Part shown: one piece after another, positions 1-12,978 of the stretch | How the letters are laid out: each line of letters begins with the position of its first letter | Position numbering within the stretch: position 1 is the first letter of the stretch | From: Yuukianura sp. NJ FZ-2021 | Taxonomy: Eukaryota | Assembly: GCA_046563655.1 (NCBI GenBank) | Contig: CM102286.1 | Coordinates: 2,418,001-2,482,000 of the forward strand | Length of the DNA: 64,000 nt | Direction of reading: 5' to 3' | Position numbers and translations under genes: made by a program | Notes under the pieces: generated by a model | Databases searched by the model: none | What the model saw: only the letters and a program-made list of their open reading frames with translations | Told to the model about the DNA's origin: nothing

Positions 1-108
1 CATTGTAATCAAACGAATATCAGTTAGAGTAACTCGAACAGTCGGAGTGCCGAATTCAGAATTCTGTTTAAGTGTTTCCTTAAAATCAATGTTAACGAGC
101 ACCTTTAC

Positions 109-3100
109 CTTTCCACAGCCTGGCACAGCACATCGATGTAGCCGTTGTTGGAGTAAACCCGGAGTGCGTTCAGGAGGTTGAATGTCTCCGTCCTCCGATG
201 ATGGGCCCTTCGCTTTCTTAATCTCCATTTCACCATCAACTGGGAATAACAAAGTAACACACATTTTAATAAAACAAAATACACATCGTGGACCACGTAA
301 TTTAAGGCCTTATGATACTTACAAAGTTTATTTGGTTGTTTCATTCCTCCATATTTTCTCCAGTAGTTCCAGCAATTGTTGCATAATTTAGCTTGAATTC
401 CGCTGGGTCCCGTCCAGGCGAACCATTGCACAGAAGCCGTTTCTACAACAAATATTATAGAATATTAACCGAAAAATAGTTGAGACGATCGTGAGAGCGA
501 GTAGTCAATTTATAGATGTAAGTTGTTAAACTTACGAGAACATGATTCGCACGTCTGTCCTGTGATGAGTGTGTCCGCTGCATTGCTTCCGTTCACCATT
601 CTGTTTCCAATTGACATTAGTGCAGCAGGATTAGGCTTATTGCTGAAAACAAAGTTAATGTTAAGTCAAGCTTGAGTAAAAACACATCGGAAGTTATTAC
701 ATAACGCACAAATTCTTGTGAAAATGCTTACTAATTTGGAATATAGACTTGTTTAAGTTTAGACTCGTTCTCGGCCGCTTTCACCCGCTTTTGTTGAACA
801 TATCTGTCCGTTGTCTTCCACATGTAATAGTACTCGACAATGTTCTTGGCAGTTTTCCAAGGGAGATAGTCACATCGAATGTCGTGAAAGTCCTTTCCAT
901 ACTTCTCAAGAGCCTCCTCAAACAAATTCGCCTGGTGACATACAAGTCATACTAATCAATTACAAGATCATCCCAGACGAGTACAAAATGGCAGTTTTAA
1001 AAATGAATGTCACTTGCGAACCTCTGATGCCGACCACTCCTCAATTTCGTCTCTACAGAGTAGAGGGCCAGTAGAAGGTACAAGATCTGAGACGGCTTCG
1101 GTAAGATCATAATTATTCTTGTGTAGAGTATTCATGGCATGAAACTAGAGAAATAATTCATGTCAACCACCAACCAACATCTACATCGCCACCTCTTTCT
1201 CATTCCAAGTCACTCACCAAGGTTACATCCCTTGACGCCGCAGCAGCACTCATGTGGAGACTCGGCTGCTTGATTGAGCTGGAGCAATCCAGGGCCCTGG
1301 CAAACGTCCCAACAGAACGCGATATGACTAAGAACTGGTCGATTTGTTTGTCCGTCAACTGGTGGTCTGGGTGCCAGACGAGCGTTTCCAGCTCACTCAG
1401 GTTTCTTCCATCAGTTTCCCCTGGAGGTAAAACCATAAAGTAAGTAAAACGTTTCAAAATTAATGACATTGAATTGGTTTACCTTCGCGGAGTGTAGCCC
1501 TTGGTGTGTCTGCCTGGTACCTTTGCCCTACTCGAATTTCCCCGCGGTCTGCCAACAACGTCTTCTGCTGTGGGTCATAGACCAGTGAGTAGAAAAACGT
1601 ATCCTGAAAGGCAAAAAGCAACCGCCGTCATAAACATTAGCTTCCAAAGTGCCAAGTATAGAAAGTAGCCTCTCACATCTTTGTTCAGGTAGGATTGGAG
1701 CGCTTCTGTTTCATTGAGAAGCGTCACAGAGCACTTCCCACGTATTTGTGTGGCAGGAAGCGTCTCCACTTGTCTGGAAAGAAAAAGCTCTCGGTGCCTG
1801 AGCAAGTGTTTGTCCTTGGCTCCCAGGGCGTCACGATCCTTCCCTTCCTCTTCATCTAAGGCACCTACAAAATTATGAAACAAATCAAATAAAAATGGTC
1901 CAGCATCCAAATTTCAAATTTCATCTAATTCAGTAGCAACTTATTTATGAAAATCTTAATCCAAAATCCTTCTACTTCAGGCACCCTTCTGTCAAATGTG
2001 TGGGACGTATTAGATGAGGAGTAGATCCGGGACATGATCTCTCTCATTGGGTTTCATTGAATTCCTCCTGGAAGGAACCCGGGCAACAAGATATGCGTCC
2101 CAGGGACAAGGGTCGGGGAAAGCTTAAAACCCACCATTGCACCACCACCAGTACTACTGCCACAAGCTGCCTTTTCCCCGTCGATCAATACTCATATAGG
2201 AACTTCTTCTGTAATTCACAATCAAGAAACAGAAAAGACAAGAGAGAGAGAAAGAAAAATACGGCGGATGCTGGATCTGATGCTCCTTTTGAAATGTCCG
2301 TTTCCTCCATTTTTTTTTGTTGAAAATTCAGATCCATTCCTTCTCATTCTCCACGTTCTTTCATTTCACAAAATTATAAAATTTAAACCTGCTTTCTCCT
2401 ACACATTCCTTACATTCGTTGGGGAGCTTTCTTTAAGAAAAACGAAATTCGGAACGACTAGATTCTCAACAGTCCCATACTGTGTCCAGACTATGAAGCA
2501 TCTTAAAAGTCAAAAACTATCAGCCCTTCAGCCCAACATTTACGTATGAATTTGAGATCAAATTTTGAAAAAAAAAGTTACCAAAACTTTCCCAATAAAA
2601 AAAAAAAGCCAACAAGGAGCTGGACAAAGATCTCAACTACAAACTTGACCGATTTCGATCTCCCGCCTATGCATCAATTTCTAAGAAAGTCCAATAATTC
2701 GTTAATTAGCTTAGGCTTAATTAGTATCATTTGCTAAAATTAGATTAGGTTTCAGTTAATTCTCCTCTCTCTGCAAAGTGATTTGTCCCTCCACGTTTGA
2801 TTTTGTGGTGAATTAGAGCCTAAACCCACTATTTTCCTGGTCGATGTCCTTCCCCTCCTTCCGCCGTTCCTAGAGAGATCATGAGGAGATGCATGGAGAG
2901 TAAAATGGTCCTCGAAGAGGTACTGGTCTTCGAGGCGGAAGGAAATCAGACCGGGAACAGTTCACAGCCACCCAAAATCTCTCAAAATAAAAAGAATAAT
3001 CTCTTCCTACTCGTCTTCCCATTGTGTAATTGCAAAACTACCTTCGACACACCACGGCGGAGGAACTCGTCACCATCACCACCATCATCTTTATACAACA

Positions 3101-5385
3101 AACACCCGACAACCGAATGCAACCCAAATCAAAAACAATTCCGAGTCATCATGCATGCCCAGAGACAAAAACAGAATCAGAGGACATTGCTTTCCAAAGA
3201 ATATGATTCTGCATATTACTCTCCAGTCAAAAACTAATTAATTCTAGAGCATTTTCCCCATTACCGGTTATATTTCCTGATTTCTAAATTGAATTTAACT
3301 TATACGATGAACTTTGGTTAATCTCGTAGTATGGTGACTCGTAGTCACCAGACTACAAGGTCACGAGGTCATCTAAAACACGTAATCTGAAATCCTGGGT
3401 AAGCAAATCCCACAAGATATCTTAAAAGCAAGCAAATAGCTGAGGGAACTACCAAGGAAATGGTTGGAACGTGGTCGCATTCTTCGCAAATCGTGTTAAA
3501 AGTTAGCCAAAGTCTGAGTCCAATCCAATCCATAATTTCAGCAACAATAATCTAAGCATCCAAAAATCTAAGCAAAATCTAACCAAAATCTAAGCAGGCT
3601 AAATTAGGTAACTAACACTGAAAATATGCTAATCCAACCTACCCTAACGTTAATTAAAGCCTAATCCAACTATCCTAACTAGCCAATACCTAATCCAAAT
3701 CCACTATAATATCATTGTGAACTCACTTTGATGTCGATCTGCAAGAAATGTCAGGGAAGTGGGTAGGTCTCTCCGGCGAAAGAAGCACATGACTTTTGCC
3801 TCCACATTTCCAGTAGGGGACTGCAATTCAAAAAAAAACATACCAAATAATTAAAAAAAAAACACAATAAATAACCCCATGACTTAAATTTATAAACTTT
3901 TTGAATTCACGTAAACACGAAATTCATAGCCCTTTTGGGAAAGTCAAAAGTTTTGTAGAATGCCAGCATTTTTTGAACCAAAAAACGAAGGTGGGAAGTT
4001 TTCGCATGGCGGCGGTGGGGGTGCTCATTATTTGTGTAAGGTGGATTAGATCTTGTGACATTCTCCGTCGCTATGTCGCTTCTTTTACTGAAATGAAAGC
4101 GTATGTTTGGTGGGATGTGGTGGTGGTAGTTGGCGGTAGTGGGTATGATACTTCTTGGTGTTCCATCTCTTGAAGCAGGAGAACTGAAGTGATTCCGTAA
4201 TAGAAATCGATAAATTAGACTAGAAAGGACTTTCCGTCTTCAGTTGAGCTTCTCGGTATAAAAAGTAACATCTAATGTCTGTACTTTCCCCACAACTTTC
4301 TCCCGACGCTTTCTCAGGAGAGGAAGGCTTTCGGCGGTTCCAGTAGTTGGAAGGGAGTCCCTTTGTCCAAGTCCAATTTCATTTCCACGGTCTCTCGGTC
4401 CATCTCAAGAAATCTCCTACTTCTAATTAACAAGGCATAGCAACCAACACCGGATGTAGTACACTACAGAAGTCCAACCTCCCCTTCTCCACCCCGCCTC
4501 ACCACCACCATTTCTCAGACCCATAAGACCATTTTCCCAGAGTAGCAATTAACAATCGTCATTGCTCCTACTGCTTTTAACTGTAGAATTCCTACTCATG
4601 TACACAAATGGTTAATTAACCTACATAATCTTACAAACATATAAACAATGGAAGTATTTTAGTATTAAATTTGTCACCTTGTTAAGCTCTTCGATCCGTC
4701 GTACATGGTAGGGTGATGTTGATCCGTTTTCAAAGTACACGTAATCTGAAAACCACAAAAAAAATTTAGTTAAGCATCAGCAATTAAAAATGGCGTCATT
4801 CATGAGTGACTAAATACTAATAAACTTAAATTAATCACTAACTAACTAATTAGTAACTATCACCTCCTGGATAGAACAATAAAATCTTAATTTCTCATTA
4901 ACTGGTTACGCTGCGGGAATACACAGCTGACACAAAACCGGTTCAGATTTCGGTTACCGAGATCTTATAGAAAAATCCACAATAAATACCATCAGTAGTC
5001 AAACCAGGCCCATGTCACGGTAATTGGTCTCAGCTTATACACTAATTAACAAAATGTTAAGATATTCACTCTGTCAATTAAAATTTTCCGTTCTCGGTAT
5101 GTACTAGAACGGTACTACGCTACGGTATCATAACTCGAATCACAACCGGTACGGATACACGTTCCTACACACTGATCAATTAAAAGTTAACAAAAACAAA
5201 GCTTCAAAACATCTCACAAGTTGCGTATTGTTTACAAATACAACGTAACGGTAGTTGAGACATAACAGGCACAGTGCATATGTGCCAATACGACTTATTA
5301 ATCGTACCTTTTACATCATATCCTTCTGTTATAGTAATACTATTTTCTCACCTCCAACACGATACATGTTATTATTAGATGACAT
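109..5385 (-). CDS. MTA1: Metastasis-associated protein (MTA1-like, NuRD subunit), multi-exon, 3' end beyond the left edge
   Basis: Exon 5385-5352 reads [11 protein letters not shown], exon 4745-4678 [23 protein letters not shown], exon 3820-3727 [16 protein letters not shown] (BAH). Further exons give [28 protein letters not shown]2 ([23 protein letters not shown]), SANT ([16 protein letters not shown]...[16 protein letters not shown]) and a GATA-type finger ([14 protein letters not shown]). GT-AG junctions. Confidence 0.97.
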
Positions 5386-5808
5386 TTCTTTTCACATTAA
5401 TTTGACTTCTTTGGGAGTACAGTGGACACCTTCAGATAGATCCAGAAGGAGATGACTCCAGGCTCAACTCTCCCTGGACTTGAGGAACTACTTGATGATT
5501 TGTTTAGATTTAATTAGTAATTGACAGGAATGTCATTCCATCCAGAAGAGAGGACACTACACTTCTCACAAACTAAAAGTGACTGATCTAGAGAAGAAAA
5601 AAAGAAGGAGCGAAGGACAGAAGAGGAGGCAAAGAGCGACACACACAAGCTAAAGGAACTTTTCCCCTCTTCTCCTTTCTCACCTCTTCCAAAGTGGCCA
5701 CCAACATGCCCTCTTCTGACAACACATACACAACACTCTCAATTAACACGCTCCACTAATTAACCAGATGGGTTTAACCACACAAAGTTCGACTCTCGTG
5801 ACCGGTTC

Positions 5809-5820
5809 GCCGCCATCTTG
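5809..5820 (-). promoter_or_regulatory. YY1/Pho-type motif (CAAGATGGCGGC) in the presumed MTA promoter/5' leader
   Basis: Exact 12-bp match to the YY1 consensus about 430 bp upstream of the MTA ATG; function inferred only. Confidence 0.45.
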
Positions 5821-7009
5821 AAAATACAAAGTCAGCTTGATGCAGAACTTACAATTTTTACACTGATCCTGGACACCGATTTGAAGTTGTGTAGTTTCCC
5901 GTGTTTTTCGAAACGTTTTGCGTTTGGTATTTCGCGGTTTTTTTGAAGTCCGAAACTCACTGAAATTCAAAAAATTCAAATTCAAGAATGAAAAATTTAA
6001 AAGGAAGTTTTAAAAAAAAAGTGCGGGAAATAAGGATAGTAAATACAAAAAAAATCCGACGAAGTAGCGGGAAATACGAAACAAAAGGTTTTCAAATATG
6101 GCGGTCAAAACTTAAAAAGGAAACAAAACCGCGTTCACACCAGCAAACTAGATTTTTCGCGTCTTGAAAACGAAAATTCTAAACGTTTTTGCTGTACGAC
6201 CTTTTCTGTTTATGAGTTATGTTCTGACCAAACACGAATTTCGGCCATTATTGGCGCGAGTTGCTATACAAATTGTACGACTCGAAACTCTTGAAGGAAC
6301 TTTTACGTTTCAGAGTTTAATTTGATAAACAAGCATTTGTTCCAGTTACGTTCGCATTACGTTTAAAATAAGGCCATTATGCAGATAAGGAATCCAACCA
6401 TTCTCTGCATAAGGCTTTATATAGTATTTAAAATTTAATTCAGCTAATTACTACATGTATGGAGGGTCCACAGGTCACTTATAATTTACATAGCTCTTAC
6501 CCCAGACTTACATCGTGTGAAGTTTCTGAAAATCGTACAGATTAGTCTAGTATTGGCACTTAAGACGAGGACAACCTCTCTAATAACTACTCAATTTTAA
6601 AGAAGGTATTTCACGGTGACGTTGGTGGCGCTACTACTAAACATAAGTCGTCGAAAATCAGAGTTAAAACTAGTAGGCTATCCATTTACCTCATTTCTAA
6701 AACCAGTGAATGGGAGCAGATGATGTGGAAGCTAAAAGAGTACGAAATAAATTATATACATTTAACTATTAAGGGTGTGTAATACTTTTGTATATAATAA
6801 TAGTTAAAGAATAAAGATGCATAATTTAGAAATTTAAAACTTTAAGTTGTCGAAGATAAACATAGTAGTTTGTAGTTTCAAATTAACACTCATCTTACGC
6901 AGGTTGCAGTGTTATAAAATGAAAAGCCAATACCACTTGCATTCTGACGGTCTACGTGACTGCGTCAAATGGGTTTCAGCTCCTTCGGACTCCGACAACT
7001 TAGCATAAT

Positions 7010-10000
7010 TTAGTCATCCCGTCGTTTCTTGCATAAATTTAGAGGTAAATCTATAAAAAATTTAGTTAATAATTTTTATAATTATTGTTATAAATTTTAT
7101 CTTATTAGAGAGTTCATGTTACAAACAAATCATGGAAATTCTGTTATAGAATTATAGGTGTTAACGTCTCCTTACAAACTTTCAGGATTCATGTTTATAA
7201 ACGCATGCTTATAATTTCTACAACTGAGAACGTGACGTCACAGGTTTGAAACCGGCCAATCACGGGAGGACGTTACAAAAACGGGTGACAGGAGATGGAA
7301 GGAGGCGAGACTTCTATACTTTTCATAATTTCTATAATTTAGTTATAACGCAAACTCCAAATTAGCAAGTTTGCGTTATAAATAATTTTTTCTATAATGG
7401 AAATTATAGGCTGTGTTTATAAACTTTGTATGAATCCGAAGTCCGAAACGTGACGTCAGCGTCCGCTATAAATTCTATAATTTCAGAATTTCTATAATTT
7501 GTTTATAGCGCAAACTCCTTATTATATGTAGCGTACCTGGATCAGATCCTTCGTTGAGATTTTCGTGAGGCACAATAGGAAAGGCTCGTCCTTCCTGGAT
7601 TCTGGAAGCTCGATCATTAGCGTCTGGCCAGTTACCGTCTTTCTGGCTAAGGTTAATTGGTGCCTCGTCGTCATCACTAGCATTTGCTGGAGCGTATGAA
7701 TTTGGGGGTATGAGGGGCTGGATTCTGGGAAGAGCCGGGTTGCTAAATGCTACCTTGCTCCCGCGGGACTGTGGAATGAGGTGACATGCGTACTGCATGG
7801 CAGCTGCCGTAATGGATTCAAGTTGTGCTGGAGACGGGGGAACAGCGTATGCTGAATACGGTGATGGTGGATGATGTGGTGGAGTTACTGTGGATGAGTT
7901 CGGAGGTGTTATAGTGCCACCTCCATAAATCAATGGAGAACTCAGAATCCCGGGTGGTTTGGAGTCTCCAGTGCTAACGTTAACACGACTGTTACGCGCT
8001 CCTTTGGGACGCGGAGAGTCTGGACCTGGAGAGTTTCTTTCTACCGGCGTAACTTTGCTTCTTTTTGGTCCTTTGCCAGGATTCTTGGACTTTTGAAGCT
8101 TATCCGGAGACTGTCCAAAAGTTTTATGTTTATTAGGAGTAGGTGATCCCGTTACGGACGAATGTGTTGAGGTAGGGATTGGATCCGACGTGTCTAGTAG
8201 ATGACGCAAAAATGATTTCTTGTCTTCCTCTAGTCCAAATGGTGCTCCATGTAACTTGAGGGGATGATTATACTGCGACGGTGTAACTTGATCTGTAGCA
8301 GTAGCATTTTGACGTTTATCTACCGATGAGGATGAAGGGGACGTTGGAGTCCCTTGACTTAGTAACGATGTAATGGTATAACTAATAGCTCTTGACATGG
8401 CATACTGTTGTTGCTCCTCGGGTGTCAACATATCTTCTAAATCTTGAGCAGAGTCTTCCGTTTCAGTGGTAGCTTCCCGTGCTGGACTACCGTCGATACT
8501 TTTCGAAGTTCGTTCCTGTTTCGGACGAAGAAGTGAATAAGGTGACGAGCGACCGGCGTGACTCCTAGCGTATTTCTTGTGGTCATAAGCCGGTGGACTG
8601 GCGTCGGTTCTCCCATCAGTGGAATCACCACTTCTTCCTTTGTTCGTATTGGCAGCATTTCCAGCGCCAACTCCAGGTACTGACAGTATCGTTTTTTCCA
8701 AGTTCTTCAATGGCGGCTTTTTGTTCATCTTTTGTTCGACGTCGTCCAGCATTTCCTTGGAAGGTCGCTTCCTCGACGAAGTATGGGTAGTACCGGGTAC
8801 TGAATTTTGACGTTGTGCTTTATGTGGAGTGTTACGGGGACTTTGACTCTTGCAATTCGTTTTAGCCTTTTGAATTGAACTACTCTTTTCTGCAATGTCT
8901 TTCCTAAGTTTTACAACAATTTCTTCCAATGGATTCCTCTTTAAAATAGAACTCTTCTTATCAGCAGCAAAATTGCGACGTATAGGTTTTCCACATTCAC
9001 AGGCATCGATTGACGACGAGTTACTGTCATCTCTACTCCATTGGGAATATTGAGGCAACGCATAAGGCCGGCGCGGAGTCAATTCTGTTAGAGTCTGTTT
9101 TCGTTTCTTAGAAACTAGAAGACCATGAATGCATGGTGAGGGGTGCATGAAGAATTGGAGACTCTTGGAGATACATTTTTGAGGCACTGATTGCTTCCTC
9201 CAAGACTTGTCACGAGATTTTGGAGAACCGGTGGAAGATCCTGCAGATGACCCTTCATCTGACACTGTAAAATTAAGAAAAAAAGTTAGGTTTAAGCCCG
9301 AAACTGAACAATTCTGTTCAAAAATTGGTTTAATATTACAATTGTCATGCAGCGAGAGGCCATTTGGAGGATTGTTTAGCATCTGATTTGGAGGAGACGG
9401 AGAACACGGGATTGAGACTTCTTTGGATACTCGTACAACCTGACGTATGTCACTCTTCCCCTTGGTTTTCAACCATTTACGAGCTTGACCTTCTTCGCAA
9501 TGTGACAACTCCAGGCAGAGTACACCTTCTGTATTTAAAGTAAAGACAATCAGTTTAAAACATTGCCACCGTAAGCACTGGACCAGCTGACCAGCATCAG
9601 CAACTTGCCTTTGTAAAATTCTAATCTTCCATTACAACGCAGAGGTTTCGTTACTGTATCCGTTTGATTTTCCAAATCAGTTGGTGGGGTTAAGACTCCG
9701 TCAGGGGTGACACCATTTCGATGAAACCCACTTCCGTCACCTTCGTCTCCACTGCTGCTCGTCGCCGTGGCACTGCATTCAGTAGAGCTCTTTGCTACGG
9801 ATGGACTTGGAGTTGGACTGGTACTGGAACAAGGACTAGCGCACAATTTTTCAGAGCCTGGAGTCCCTGATTGGACTATTTCTTGCGGTCTCGATGTTGT
9901 GGATGTATCCGTATGGTCCTCAGTTCTAAACAAATCAAAAAGGACGACATTTAAGTACCACTTCAAATCTTTGCTCCAGTCAATTACTGTTTGTAAACTA

Positions 10001-10037
10001 ACATCATGATTGTTGTTGTTGTACTTTACAGTTCCAT
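7010..10037 (-). CDS. H: Hairless (Su(H) co-repressor adaptor, Notch antagonist), ~760 aa, 5 coding exons
   Basis: Exons 10037-10030, 9925-9609, 9528-9340, 9264-7537 and 7050-7010 join in frame (2283 nt). The spliced NGRLEFYKEGVLCLELSHCEEGQARKW resembles the Drosophila SBD GGRLQFFKDGKFILELARSKDGDKSGW. YTITSLLS (8380-8357) matches the Groucho motif YSIxxLLG. C-terminal PLNLCKK and internal PINLS match the CtBP motif PLNLS. The rest is S/P/K-rich low complexity. Start codon is tentative. Confidence 0.88.
7085..7525. mobile_element. Cluster of MITE-like fragments in the last Hairless intron (GGAGTTTGCGTTATAA family)
   Basis: TTATAACGCAAACTCC (7343), AGTTTGCGTTATAA (7368), TTTATAGCGCAAACTCC (7502) and GTGACGTCA cores; the same motifs form the element at 56084-56266. 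Confidence 0.6.
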
Positions 10038-11159
10038 ATATGCGTTTGACCTAAAAGTGAAAGAAAAGGGCTATTCACAGGAACACCACAGAACATATGA
10101 AGTCCAAGTCCTATTTCACATGATTCGGCATCGTTCACCTGAAACATTCCACAGAAATTAAGCTGCCAGGATCTTCACATCATGTCAAATGACATTAATG
10201 ATTACAAGTTACGTTAACCCAAAAAAAGTAATTAGAATTTCTATTTACGTTGTTGGTTTCCGGACTAAATGTTGTTTATAACGTTTCGCTGCAAATGACA
10301 GATGAATAGTATCCAACACGGCATAACCAAAGAAGTCCAAGGAACTAAACACGGATAACTGCTTCCTATGAATTTGTTATGGTTAACATGAACCTAATCA
10401 AGTAACAGATGAATCAAAATGACGAACAGAATGAAGTATCCGAATTCCTCGACAGTTCTTCACTCACTTTTTATTCTTGTGATTCACTCTGTGAATCTTT
10501 TGATATGACTTTACTACACCTACCTATCCTCCATCCTCCGTTCCACTCTGGGACTAAACTTGATCACAAAAAAAAATTAGATCTGGCAACATTGCAACCG
10601 GCTTCAACCTTTTGCAAGTCATCAGACGTCGGCACTACTGTCTAGGTTCAACGAACAATCAGAAAAGCAGGTCAAACGTCATTATTGTAGAAATAAGTAA
10701 CTACAGACTGCGGCACGTAAAAGTAAACGCCGAAAAAAATTTGCTTACAACTATAGTTCAACTGAAAATGATTGACAGTTTGTTGACAGCCGAAATTTGT
10801 ATTTTTGACGTGGAGACGTCGAAGTTGCAATAACGATTGCGTGTCAATTTGTAGCCTTTGGAGCTTGAATCTTTTTCTTTGTGCAAACGCAAGTGTAACT
10901 TAAGTCGTTAATATTTATTTACTCATTCCCGAAACTCACTCGTGCACAAATATGAATTCGTACAAAGTGATACAGGTAAGACGAGGACTGCTAAAGTATG
11001 CCAATTGAAGAATATTTATCTGTGACTGAAAACAACATGGAACTTTGCTACTTACGAGGTACACTTTAGAAACAACATTAAGGAGTAACTTACACTGAAT
11101 TGTATGTTTATACAAGAGAAATAGTAGAGTTGAGAAAAAATATGATCAAATAATTGAAC

Positions 11160-12978
11160 CTATTCAGAATCCGATTCCGAATCTGATTCGGAATCTGTAC
11201 TATCATTGTTGACCGAAATAACAATGCGCTCTTGTGTGATCCGGATAAAATCTTCAGCGATATTTTCTGCTTTCATGATGAGCTCTTCAAGTTCAATTAC
11301 ATGGCGAACGCATGACTGCCACAACTGGTCTATCTCTGGAGATTGAATTACCAGTTGTACGATTGGTAAAAGATCCCGAATCTTGAAAGTCTTGTTCCTT
11401 TTCTTTACAGCGTCTAATCAAGTAATATATTTCATTTAGCTGTGTTCATTTGATCCGTTGAAGTATATTTTCTTAGTCAATCCAAAATATACCTTTCACG
11501 GCGGCCCATATTAGCTCGATGGGGTTGAGTTCGCAGTGAGCCACCGGAAGCCACAAGAGATGAAGTTGTCTGGCAGGGTCCTTTTGATTTTCTTGTTCAA
11601 TAAGCTTTTCCACCACAAGCTCAACCTGATTACAATTTTGTCTGGCCAATTCTAAAAGCTCGGGACGTGTCATCGACCAGAAAGACTCTTCATCATGCGG
11701 TACAGGAACTCCTTTTGCTTCAAGCCAGGCAATCAACTCAGCCTTACGATATGCTGTTGTCGGGTTTCTGCGAGGATTCAAGTTGTTTTGCTCATGTAAC
11801 TAGGTACCAAAAACTTTCAGGAATCGACTTACTTAGACTCTTCTGTTTGTGCTGTGTGATAGCTGGCCTGGTCGAGAACTAAAACAGAGCGATTTGGCAT
11901 GGTCGAGATAACCTCTGTAATCCACTCAGCGAAGTGCTCCTTGTTCATCTCTGAGTGGTAGTCAGCCGAGTCTTTCTTTCCGATGAATTCTTTTCCGACT
12001 CCAAGAAAACCATCATCTGACCCTACGTTGATAAGTATGATTCTTTTCCCAGCTCCACTTGGCCTTGAAGAAACACCTCCTGGTAGTAACAATTTCTCAG
12101 TTACAGATCAGTTACTACCATTAAATACACAAGCTTTTACCGAGCATTCTGTCTTGGAATCGCAAACCAATCCCGCGGAGCCATGGATCTAGACGAACGT
12201 TTGTTGTTGCAGTTCCAACGACTTCTTTTTCCGGCACGTACCAACCCCTCTCCACGAAGATATTCTCGTTGATCCAAGTTTCGTCTTGGTAAAAAATCTG
12301 TTCCAAATAAATTTACGGATGACGGTGAACACGCTTCGTGTGGCTTAAAATGGTTGACTTACTCTGTAGCCTTCTCGACGGTATTTGCGCACTTGGCGTA
12401 GATATTTTGCCCGATGTGCGGCAATATCTGGCCTGTCAAGTGGTACAGGCTTTCCGTCAAGCTTGCCAAACTTGAACTTTAACTGATGCTTCATCACGCT
12501 TCGAAGTGTTTCCTTACTCAGCTTTCTGAAGTTCGGATCTTCTCGGAGCTCTTTATGAATGTACTCTAGTGTAGGTACGATCTTGTTACTGTAAGCCATT
12601 AGAATAATTCTCCGAATAACGCCTTCTTCGAAACTGTCCAGCACTACCTTCCTTCTACCAGCTTTTTCCAGTTTCGGTGGAGCTAAAGTTCCTGTGACCT
12701 TCATCTCCTTAGCAATTCTAGCAACAGTACTTTCGCTGACCTGTAAGATTGCATTAGTTAATTAATTGACCAATTAGTTGCTTTGTACAGAAATGTTTTT
12801 CAAGCATTACACCCAATGCTCCGGCTGCTCGTTTCGTTACATTTTTGAATTTCACAGGTATGTCTTCTGGGTTTAGCTTCTTCTCCTTAATACTTCGCTC
12901 GAACATTTCCTTCTCCTTTTCAAACGCTTCTTTCACGTTGTTAATCAGTTGCTTCTCTTTTTCTGACTTAGCTGCCAT
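11160..12978 (-). CDS. IS630-Tc1-mariner superfamily transposase, Sailor-like (DD96E), intact, 6 exons, ~492 aa
   Basis: Exons 12978-12811, 12740-12363, 12297-12141, 12079-11833, 11767-11493 and 11413-11160 join with GT-AG, no stops (1479 nt). HTH-like RAAGALGVSESTVARIAKE; catalytic motifs YQDETW, GKRIILINVG, DYHSEMN, VLDQASYH, LPVAHCELNPIELIWAAVK; acidic tail. Confidence 0.88.

Noticed and set aside
3378..3392. 15-nt match to the acceptor/start of MTA exon 2 (possible duplicated exon)
   Set aside because: Similarity stops immediately and the frame does not continue as BAH sequence; probably chance.
5760..5816. ATGGCGGCGAAC (MAAN...) as the MTA start, resembling vertebrate MAANMYRVG
   Set aside because: The frame closes after 18 codons. 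The real first coding exon ([11 protein letters not shown]) is at 5385-5352, and this sequence is better explained as a YY1 motif.
7475..9508. 677-aa ORF as a standalone single-exon novel protein
   Set aside because: It begins at a TTG, reads through an in-frame intron and into the last intron; it is the internal part of the spliced Hairless gene.
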